From the NCBI GenBank assembly GCA_030637655.1, contig DAOWGI010000112.1:1-14380 (forward strand): a stretch of 14,380 bases of DNA, given 5' to 3'. The notes beneath the pieces are model-generated. The model saw only the letters and a program-made list of their open reading frames with translations. It did not search any database and had not been told where the DNA came from. This DNA comes from a candidate division FCPU426 bacterium (lineage in GTDB: Bacteria; Oederibacteriota; JAAXVQ01; JAUVAV01). Position 1 is the first letter of the stretch. Every line of letters starts with the position of its first letter. The position numbers and the translations under genes are program-made. Positions 8,701 to 14,380 of this stretch are shown here, in pieces.

Positions 8701-9068
8701 TCCATGTCAAAAGAAGCCAGATGTGAACTTTTGTTTCTGGAAATTACTAATCCGCGAAGAAGTTTGCGAAGTTTGCTGGTTAGTCCACGGTTTTTTATAA
8801 AGAGATCATCATTTTTAAATTCCAGAATAAAAATGCTCCAGGGGTTATCCGGAAAGGGCTGGATTTGATGAATAGTTCCATCCACGATCTCTTTTTTGAG
8901 TCCTTGAGCGCGCAGTTCATCTGCCGACCATCCGTATGTAATTTCTTCAACCTTCCGCGTCTCTTTATCAACCGGCCATCCGAGAGCATTTATCAAAAGT
9001 TCCTGAATAAAGGAGGTTTGATCGTGAATTTGAGGTATTGATTTTTCAATTTTTTGCGAAGTATTCAT
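5766..9068 (-). CDS. Eco57I / type IIG-like N6-adenine DNA methyltransferase with C-terminal target-recognition region
   Basis: VPFLNGGLF, DPEMMGKVFE, GTYYTP, motif I IVDPACGSGAYL, LYGVDID, PLPNLDFKI..GNSL, motif IV FDVVIANPPY and C-terminal EIDKLVYQLYGL. GGAGG RBS. Starts 16 nt after the helicase stop. Confidence 0.9.
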   Translation of the reverse strand: MNTSQKIEKSIPQIHDQTSFIQELLINALGWPVDKETRKVEEITYGWSADELRAQGLKKEIVDGTIHQIQPFPDNPWSIFILEFKNDDLFIKNRGLTSKLRKLLRGLVISRNKSSHLASFDMDKLLFICTYNYQHYRFAHFKKAKQDSANAPLAFFGWGPGDPIRTLCEYNLQELAWPKQQLDENNWLLSWQKAFDVEKVNKRFYDDYEKVFETVQSIIAQQKNHKDEDELHTFTQTLFNRLMFIRFIERKGWLTFEGSQVYLKTLYNAGGAGKQSLYKYRLCPLFFEALAEKNKQKTDKRFGSVPFLNGGLFYKDKLDLKFRDIDIPDQAFEPLIGQDGLFYRYNFTIEESTPLDIEVAIDPEMMGKVFERLITKRHQTGTYYTPHAVVRFMCREALKNHLGGYADLVDKRDVKGITVIEAKNLLKKLGNIKIVDPACGSGAYLVGMMHELHEISRALDTWADKITPKSDYNRKLDIIKKNLYGVDIDPQAVQIARLRFWLSLEVDYSGNDPRPLPNLDFKIEEGNSLTAPNPSGGMQPGFHQEIIRQFDMLKSEYQTIHDREEKKVCKEKIKELRNEIAKWAHPGQQVPGLDWRVEFAEVFTRQDAAGFDVVIANPPYGTEEKEADRLRKVYFAEENGGKQSKEPYGLFIARALQLLCSGGQFTFIVSDTWRTIRSHLPLRKKLCKETTVKHVLDLPSWIFDATVNTCILTLQNSVPSGEHKLIAGDLRNIEDGNWEQLEKNLDAVSAHTMDVQTTDYARYTYKQKLIAEYENYSFFIGSPRLYRLMSDKQHFEKLDDVADVKVGLQTGNNKYYLRKRKHPGENGQYQALDESKLLMEQEIYRLTDDEKINGVDPAKYNGRYFVPYDKGGASEIEEGWLPNYYVPTEYFIDWSRKAVKRLKIVTIADVKRRKGEEKKIKNGDENKIASRFQNSEYYFQEGVTFSRTGIYAPTYRRSSRSVFDTEGSVVFSSQVSNKVLLGLLSSHFGRYIVKCFLNHTVHAQIEDVKKMIIVNPEKMNKNKLEKLVESITEKQKNNPEYPYFLHEQKEIDKLVYQLYGLSEEAIREVELWYCRRYRNLTKTQGVLEKVQKMQRLPDVV

Positions 9069-9084
9069 CCATCTTCCTCCCAGT

Positions 9085-12000
9085 TCAACTCAGCTCCATC
9101 CAGGCCACTAGCTTTGGCTTGACGTGCATAGGCGCCTGTATTTGCTTGAGATATGTGTTTTTTATGTGTTGGTCAACCTTGGCGCGAATCCCGGCCAAGG
9201 TCGGTTGGGCCAAGTAGCAATGGCGAGGGGTATCCGGCGCGCAGCGGATGAAATGGTGAATCTCATCCGCTTTTTCAAATATTTTATTGGCATCCATATC
9301 ATAGAGATACCAATAGACAGGACCTTTATCGAGAGACCATTCTTCTGTGACCCCTCCATCCTGGCGTTTACATTTGACCGGCAGGGCATAGCAGAAGAAG
9401 ACGGTCCGGGTGCCAGGCGCGGGGTGTTTCTTTCCGCTAAAGACGCGGCCCGGTAATTTATCCAGGCGCGCTTCGAGATCAGGATGTTCTTTGAACAGTT
9501 GCTGGAGTTCCAGGTGCATGGACTCCACAGGCGAAAGGGTGCCTTCATAGGCTTCGTTGAATTCCCGCACATCATCGTAATCATCATCAGGCTTGAGTAA
9601 TTTTCGTCCTTCAATCCCAAAGGTTTTGGAAATGCGCAGGGTCTTTCTGGAAACGGTTTGATAGAGCTTAAGCAGCTCGTCCAGTTCATCGGGGGGCAGA
9701 AAATTCCAGTAGGCCACTTCCCCGCGCAGCGCTTTTTGCTCCGGATGATCAGCCAGCAGGCGGTCTTCGGCAGTATCCTGCATGCGCCGGTCAATACGGC
9801 CGATCCGCTGCATAAGGCGGACCGGATTCCAATGCAGATCATAGTTAATCAGGCGGGTGGCATCCTGAAGATTTAAGCCCTCGGACAACACATCAGTGGA
9901 AATTAATATCCGTATTTCTTTGAGCCCTTCTTTGATAAGTTGGGCGCTGGACGAGCCATTATAGTAAGGAGCAAAACGTCGTATGACCTTACTCCGATCT
10001 CCCTTGACGCTGCTGTCGATCTCTTCAATACCTGTGATACCGGCTTTGATTAATTCCTCTTTGAGATAGCGGGCTGTGTCCTTAAATTCAGTAAATATAA
10101 GAACTTTTTCCTGTTTAAGTACAGCGTCATTTTTAAGCAAATGGATCAAGGCTGTTAGCTTCTTGTCCTGAGCGGGATTGAATCCCTTGAGTTCTTTTAA
10201 GAAGTCGGCAATTTGACTCATATCCAATAATGTTTCGGCAATGATCTCCTCTACCTTGAAATTCTGGCGTGAAAGTTTTTTTCTGTCCTCCAGCATCTCA
10301 TCCGTAACAATATCCTCGTCATCGTCTTGATCATCTTCTTCGCCGGATAATTCCGGCTTATGATTATCTCCATAACGAATCAGCTCATTATGCTGCGACT
10401 TCCATCGTTCTATCAGGCCCTTTTCGTGTTCGCCTTCAGCATGAACTTTCAGCCAGGCCAGCAGTTTTCGAAGCAGGTTTTGACAGGACATTTCGAACGC
10501 TTTGATGGAACTTTCAAAACGTTTGAGAAACTGGATGCGGATCAAGGATACAACCTGCTTTTGCCGGCCTTCAGCCAGGGGATCAATTGACTGGTCATCG
10601 CCTTGGTAGTAGGCATAGGGATAATAGATGGGAAGGGAAAAGAGCGGTTTGCTTTTACTAAAAGAATCTTCCAGCATGTTTAACAACCGGCCGTAGGTCT
10701 TTTTAATCGAATAAGGCACTACTTTCGGAATACTGGCTTTGGGAAAGTGGATATTACAATTGTGCTCCTGTTCCAGGCTTTTTTTGACATAAGCCCGGCT
10801 GCGCTGGACTACCAATGCCTTGAATAATTCATCATGTCCCAAAACCTGTTCTGCTTCCTGTTCATTGGTATCCAGTATCTCGCCGTTGGTCTGCTTATCC
10901 CTGATTATGTTTTCAAGTTCTTTTTCCATGGAACGAAAATGGCCGGTCAATGAATAGATGCCTAATGCCTGAAAATATTCTTTCTGTTGGCGGGTAAATA
11001 ACTCCATCATATGCTGGAGATCGGTTAGCCGGTTGTTGACCGGAGTGGCGGTCAGCATATAGACGCTTTTGTCGGCAATAATCTCATATAGTTTCCAATA
11101 GCGCGATTTCTTTTCATCCGGGTTTTCTCCCTTTAACCCGGTGTTGCGGAAATGGTGTGCCTCGTCAATTATGATGACATCTGCCCGTTCATACACACTT
11201 TGTAGTTTTTCCTGAAAATTTCCGCCCCGCATCAAGTCGGTGTGATTGAATACCTGCAGCTTACTGTAAGGGCCAAAAACGTGGGGTAAGCGGTCTTTTA
11301 TTTCTCTTTCCCACACATCTTCACGCGCAGCTTTGGGGACAAAAAGCGCGACATTTTTCTTATCGTGCATAACCAGACGTTCGATCAGCATCAAGCCGAT
11401 GAAAGTCTTGCCCAACCCGACTCCGTCACATAAAAACGCGCCATTATATTGAGCAGCCCGTTTGATAAGGCCATGGTAGCCTTCCTGCTGATAGGGGGAG
11501 AGAATGGGGTAGATTTTCGAAGCGCGGCGTTCCCATTCCGTGACAGTCATTTCATGCTCCCGGAAATACGCTTGCAACGCTTTGGCATACACGTCAAAAG
11601 GCGTATGATTTATTGTATGCCGTTCGATGGTTTGCAATACTTCAGAAGTTATATCCTCTGCTTCGTTCCAATGTTCCTCATACCATTCCTGGAGGACTTT
11701 GACAGGAGTGCCGGTGATACGGACATTAAGTTCAATGTTTTCAGTGATACCCGGCAAGGTAAAGTTGGAAGAACCGACTAAAGCGGAAGAACCGACAACA
11801 TCCATGCGGGCATGGGTGATATACGCCTTGGCGTGAAATTTATCTTTGCGGTAAACCCGACATCTTATCTTGCCCGAGTGGATAGCTTCTGTGACAGCCT
11901 CCACACCGGTCAGAAAAGCGTTTTTCTCTTTCTCGCTTTCCAGACTCTGATCAAGCTTTTGTTTAATATTCTCCGCCAGTCCCTGTTCAAATGTCTGCCT

Positions 12001-12225
12001 GGTCCGTTGGGAATACTCGTCACCCATCAATATGCGGATGTGATCAACTTTTTGCCACTCATCTTGCAGCGCCAGCAGCGAACCAATCTCAAAATATCCG
12101 GTGGCAATGTCAAGACCTCTGGAAATCGGGCACCAGTCACGCAGATAGCGAAGAACTTTCCAGTCTTCATGGCTGTTGTCCACAATAAAAAGCTCACTGC
12201 CGGTTATACTGGTTCGATTCGGCAT
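9085..12225 (-). CDS. SNF2-like SF2 helicase with N-terminal PLD-family nuclease domain
   Basis: PLD: IATGYF, FHAKAY, VGSSNFT..G...N.ELN. Helicase motifs: DGVGLGKT, IIDEAHH, LTATP, VLIFTEF, STDVLSEGLNLQ, YDLHWNP, QRIGRIDR. GGAGG RBS upstream. Confidence 0.92.
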   Translation of the reverse strand: MPNRTSITGSELFIVDNSHEDWKVLRYLRDWCPISRGLDIATGYFEIGSLLALQDEWQKVDHIRILMGDEYSQRTRQTFEQGLAENIKQKLDQSLESEKEKNAFLTGVEAVTEAIHSGKIRCRVYRKDKFHAKAYITHARMDVVGSSALVGSSNFTLPGITENIELNVRITGTPVKVLQEWYEEHWNEAEDITSEVLQTIERHTINHTPFDVYAKALQAYFREHEMTVTEWERRASKIYPILSPYQQEGYHGLIKRAAQYNGAFLCDGVGLGKTFIGLMLIERLVMHDKKNVALFVPKAAREDVWEREIKDRLPHVFGPYSKLQVFNHTDLMRGGNFQEKLQSVYERADVIIIDEAHHFRNTGLKGENPDEKKSRYWKLYEIIADKSVYMLTATPVNNRLTDLQHMMELFTRQQKEYFQALGIYSLTGHFRSMEKELENIIRDKQTNGEILDTNEQEAEQVLGHDELFKALVVQRSRAYVKKSLEQEHNCNIHFPKASIPKVVPYSIKKTYGRLLNMLEDSFSKSKPLFSLPIYYPYAYYQGDDQSIDPLAEGRQKQVVSLIRIQFLKRFESSIKAFEMSCQNLLRKLLAWLKVHAEGEHEKGLIERWKSQHNELIRYGDNHKPELSGEEDDQDDDEDIVTDEMLEDRKKLSRQNFKVEEIIAETLLDMSQIADFLKELKGFNPAQDKKLTALIHLLKNDAVLKQEKVLIFTEFKDTARYLKEELIKAGITGIEEIDSSVKGDRSKVIRRFAPYYNGSSSAQLIKEGLKEIRILISTDVLSEGLNLQDATRLINYDLHWNPVRLMQRIGRIDRRMQDTAEDRLLADHPEQKALRGEVAYWNFLPPDELDELLKLYQTVSRKTLRISKTFGIEGRKLLKPDDDYDDVREFNEAYEGTLSPVESMHLELQQLFKEHPDLEARLDKLPGRVFSGKKHPAPGTRTVFFCYALPVKCKRQDGGVTEEWSLDKGPVYWYLYDMDANKIFEKADEIHHFIRCAPDTPRHCYLAQPTLAGIRAKVDQHIKNTYLKQIQAPMHVKPKLVAWMELS

Positions 12226-12400
12226 ACACTGCCTCCCGATCGTTGATATCTTTAATGTTGGGTTTCACAACCGCACTTCTACTTTTAAAACAGCTAAATT
12301 GCATAAATATTATCGGTTTCATTTCCTCTTTATTTAATTTGAATAATAATGACCGGCTAATAAAGGACGGAACCACGGCATATTATAAGGCGTGGATTCA

Positions 12401-12442
12401 ATTCCCGAGTGCAACGGGAAGCCGGTATCCTATCAGTTACGG
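12401..12442. repeat. Degenerate partial copy of the 4.1-4.3 kb repeat family
   Basis: Hairpin ATTCCCGAGTGCAACGGGAA (12401-12420) resembles ATACCCGAATG...CGGGTA at 4163-4186. GGTATCCTATCAGTTACGG (12424-12442) resembles GGTATCCATATCAGTTATGG (4095-4114). Confidence 0.45.
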
Positions 12443-12459
12443 AAGCGGTAAATCTGCTA

Positions 12460-12488
12460 TTGACAATACGTACGAGATGCGGTACGTT
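12460..12488 (+). promoter_or_regulatory. Promoter/operator of yefM-yoeB
   Basis: TTGACA (12460-12465), 17 nt spacer, TACGTT (12483-12488). Two GTAC cores (12470-12473, 12482-12485) sit 12 bp apart, like the paired TGTACA operator of E. coli yefM-yoeB. Confidence 0.7.
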
Positions 12489-12506
12489 TTAACTGAGGTG
12501 ATAAAA

Positions 12507-12749
12507 ATGACTACATTTACCGCCAGCCAGGCAAGAAGCAATTTATATCGTTTGTTGGATCAAACGGCTGCTTCCCATGAACCCATACAAATCAACGGCA
12601 AACGATCCAGGGCAGTACTGATTTCCGAGGAGGATTGGCGCGCGGTTCAAGCGACGCTGTATTTGCTTTCCGTGCCGGGTATGCGCGAATCCATTCGCCA
12701 GGGATTGAAAACACCGGTTAAGCGGTGCAGCCGGAAGCCTAAATGGTAG
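12507..12749 (+). CDS. yefM: Phd/YefM family antitoxin, 80 aa
   Basis: MTTFTASQARSNLYRLLD...EPIQI.GK..AVLIS...TLYLLSVPGMRESI. GAGGTG RBS at 12495-12500 supports ATG 12507 rather than the track start at 12243. Confidence 0.9.
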   Translation: MTTFTASQARSNLYRLLDQTAASHEPIQINGKRSRAVLISEEDWRAVQATLYLLSVPGMRESIRQGLKTPVKRCSRKPKW

Positions 12750-13009
12750 AATGGACTCTGCTTTTTACTGCGCAGGCACAAAAAGACGCGAAAAAGATAT
12801 CCCGCAGCGGTCTCCGTTCCAAAGTTGAAACGCTGTTGGAGGTTTTGAAAAAGGAGCCGTATCAGACCCCGCCGCCTTATGAAAAATTAATTGGTGATTT
12901 AGCCGGTGCTTATTCACGGCGCATTAATATTCAGCACCGGTTGGTTTATCAAGTCATGGAAAAAAAGAAAATTGTAAAAATTATCCGCATGTGGACACAT
13001 TATGAATAA
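12743..13009 (+). CDS. yoeB: Txe/YoeB family toxin (RelE superfamily)
   Basis: PPYEKLIGDLAGAYSRRINIQHRLVY...MWTHYE signature. Overlaps the antitoxin by 7 nt. Confidence 0.93.
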   Translation: MVEWTLLFTAQAQKDAKKISRSGLRSKVETLLEVLKKEPYQTPPPYEKLIGDLAGAYSRRINIQHRLVYQVMEKKKIVKIIRMWTHYE

Positions 13010-13057
13010 ATAGTTATGTAGGGGGATATTGTTTCTAACTGCGCATTCGATTCTTCC

Positions 13058-13080
13058 CGCGCTGATCAGCGCGTTTTATT
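13058..13080 (+). terminator. Possible intrinsic terminator after yoeB
   Basis: Perfect 16-nt palindrome CGCGCTGATCAGCGCG (13058-13073) followed by TTTTATT. Confidence 0.55.
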
Positions 13081-13127
13081 GCGCGGGTGATGCCATGTTC
13101 CCGAAGACCACGGATTAGAAATAAACG

Positions 13128-13170
13128 TTGAAAATATCCCGAAAGTTGATATGATCTAGCTAGTCTAGCT
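13128..13170 (+). promoter_or_regulatory. Promoter/operator of the Phd-VapC pair
   Basis: TTGAAA (13128-13133), 16 nt spacer, TATGAT (13150-13155) with extended TG. Palindrome AGCTAG-T-CTAGCT (13158-13170) covers the expected start site. GGAGG RBS at 13181-13185. Confidence 0.65.
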
Positions 13171-13194
13171 TGTTGAAAATGGAGGCATAAAAAA

Positions 13195-13440
13195 ATGATT
13201 ACAGAATGGCAATTGCAGGACGCTAAAAATAAATTCAGTGAGGTGGTCGAAAACGCTATTAATTCCGGTCCTCAGGAAATAACCAAAAGAGGGGTAAAAG
13301 CTGCCGTGGTTTTATCGATTCAGGACTATGAAAAATTAAAGAAAAAAAAGGGGTCGCTGGCGAATTTTTTTAAACAATCTCCGTTGGCAGAGATAAACCT
13401 CGGGAGAAAGCGGGATTTTTCCCGGGCGGTTAAATTTTGA
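13195..13440 (+). CDS. Phd/YefM family antitoxin paired with VapC
   Basis: WQLQDAKNKFSEVVE.A...GPQEITKRG..AAVVLS signature. TTGA overlap with the toxin. Confidence 0.9.
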   Translation: MITEWQLQDAKNKFSEVVENAINSGPQEITKRGVKAAVVLSIQDYEKLKKKKGSLANFFKQSPLAEINLGRKRDFSRAVKF

Positions 13441-13859
13441 AATATCTTTTAGACACCTGTGTTATATCTGAATTAGCAAAAAAATCCGCCAACCCAAAAG
13501 TTATTGAGTGGATTGCCGCCTGTAACGAAGATCTGCTTTTTCTTAGTGTTCTCACAATCGGGGAAATTCAAAAAGGAATATCCAAAATAAAAGACCTTAA
13601 AAAAAAGAATAAAATTCAATTATGGCTTGATTCCGACCTGAAAGAAAGATTTTCTAATAAAATTTTACCGATTTCCGAAGAAGTTGCTTTCACCTGGGGA
13701 ATTGTCCAGGGAGAAGCGGAAGCAAAAGGAAACTCAATTCCTTCTATAGACGGACTTATTGGAGCGACAGCTATTGTACACAATTTAATCGCCGTGACCA
13801 GGAACGAATTGGATATCAAAAAAACGGGCGCTAGAATTTTAAACCCCTGGAAGCTATGA
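13437..13859 (+). CDS. vapC: VapC PIN-domain ribonuclease toxin
   Basis: YLLDTCVISEL, LSVLTIGEIQKG, IDGLIGATA, VTRN..D and LNPW motifs. TTG start coupled to the antitoxin stop. Confidence 0.92.
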   Translation: MKYLLDTCVISELAKKSANPKVIEWIAACNEDLLFLSVLTIGEIQKGISKIKDLKKKNKIQLWLDSDLKERFSNKILPISEEVAFTWGIVQGEAEAKGNSIPSIDGLIGATAIVHNLIAVTRNELDIKKTGARILNPWKL

Positions 13860-13865
13860 CTTGGA

Positions 13866-13974
13866 ATCGGGGACGTTGTTCGGTAATACGGTTATCCAAA
13901 ACCACTAATATTTATGAAAAAATCCGAAGAGTCGTCAAATAAAAATAACCGTATTACCGAACAACGTCCCCGAT
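13866..13974. repeat. 109-bp MITE/REP-like element with perfect 30-bp inverted repeats
   Basis: ATCGGGGACGTTGTTCGGTAATACGGTTAT (13866-13895) and its exact reverse complement (13945-13974) surround a 49-nt AT-rich spacer. Confidence 0.85.
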
Positions 13975-14017
13975 CATACCATCAAGGACGCTCAGAATGG
14001 GTGATGGGGTGGAAAGG

Positions 14018-14062
14018 GCCGGGTAGACTGCAGGAACTTTGCCCACAACCTCTCACCAAACC
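14018..14062 (-). mobile_element. Probable group II intron 3'-end remnant (domain VI plus end of domain V)
   Basis: Minus strand GGTTTGGTGAGAGGTTGTGGG-CAAAGTT-CCTGCAGTCT-A-CCCGGC folds into a stem with a bulged A seven nt from the end, like GGTTCxGxGAGAGG...CCT-A-CTCGAC intron ends. No complete domain V and no RT gene. Confidence 0.5.
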
Positions 14063-14131
14063 CAGCTATTACCCATAAATATCTCGAAAAATCATACTAT
14101 AAATTCACTGTTATCCAAATTAAAAATCAGC

Positions 14132-14230
14132 AACTACGGATGAACACTGATTAACACGGATTTTAAAAACTGTTTCAGCATATTTACTGTTTTTGCATTT
14201 TTTAGACCCTATCAGTGTTCATCCGTGGTT
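14132..14230. repeat. Inverted repeat element built on CACGGAT/AACAC units
   Basis: AACTACGGATGAACACTGAT (14132-14151) and ATCAGTGTTCATCCGTGGTT (14211-14230) are 19/20 complementary. An extra ~10-nt unit TAACACGGAT follows the left arm. Confidence 0.75.
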
Positions 14231-14329
14231 ATTTAGGTTTTTAAAGGGTTTAATTGATTGATTTTTGTAACCTTTCAGTTAGAAGCTGTGAAATAATTAT
14301 CCAAAAATTCCTTAAACTAGTCTACTGGC

Positions 14330-14380
14330 TATGATAAGATATATCCCATCAACAATGCAGGAGGTAACGATGGGATATAT
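14330..14380 (+). promoter_or_regulatory. Probable start region of the next gene: -10, RBS and ATG within a 12-bp inverted repeat
   Basis: TATGAT at 14330-14335. ATATATCCCATC (14339-14350) pairs with GATGGGATATAT (14369-14380). AGGAGG at 14359-14364 and ATG at 14370. Cut off by the window end. Confidence 0.5.

Noticed and set aside
273-11836. Many short antisense or alternate-frame ORFs (e.g. 1752-2276, 6932-7420, 9162-9842)
   Set aside because: They overlap well-supported genes and show no recognisable motifs, so they are treated as shadow ORFs.
5766-12225. Calling the locus DISARM or BREX
   Set aside because: No DrmA/DrmB (DUF1998), PglZ or BrxC genes are present in the window. Only component-level similarity exists.
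12296-12323. dif/pdif-like site (AAATTGCATAA resembles a XerC arm)
   Set aside because: The sequence after a 6-nt spacer (TCGGTTTCATT) does not match the XerD arm TTATGTTAAAT.
12243-12506. 88-aa N-terminal extension of YefM in the ORF track
   Set aside because: It spans AT-rich intergenic DNA, a repeat remnant and the yefM promoter. The SD and family similarity begin at 12507.
4012-14240. Integron cassette array or CRISPR array
   Set aside because: No integrase or cas gene, no recurring attC (RYYYAAC...GTTRRRY) structure after each gene, mixed gene orientation, and no regularly spaced direct repeats.

Overview
The window has two parts. Bases 1-2769 are the 3' end of a nitrogen-fixation cofactor cluster: partial nifN, a radical-SAM-only nifB, a thioredoxin-like [2Fe-2S] ferredoxin and a GNAT acetyltransferase. 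Bases ~2.8-14.4 kb look like a defence/accessory island. It holds an AAA_14/DUF4143-type ATPase, three type II toxin-antitoxin pairs (MazEF-like, YefM-YoeB, Phd-VapC) each with a readable promoter/operator, and a minus-strand two-gene unit: a PLD-nuclease/SNF2-like helicase (1046 aa) plus an Eco57I/type IIG-like N6-adenine methyltransferase (1100 aa). Downstream of that unit lie an AlbA_2-like fragment in frame behind the methylase stop, an AT-rich orphan ORF and a 5'-truncated DUF5655-like gene. The intergenic DNA carries several unrelated REP/MITE-like palindromes and a probable group II intron domain VI remnant. No integrase, transposase, CRISPR array, tRNA or rRNA was seen. Family assignments come from motif recognition by eye, not from database searches.
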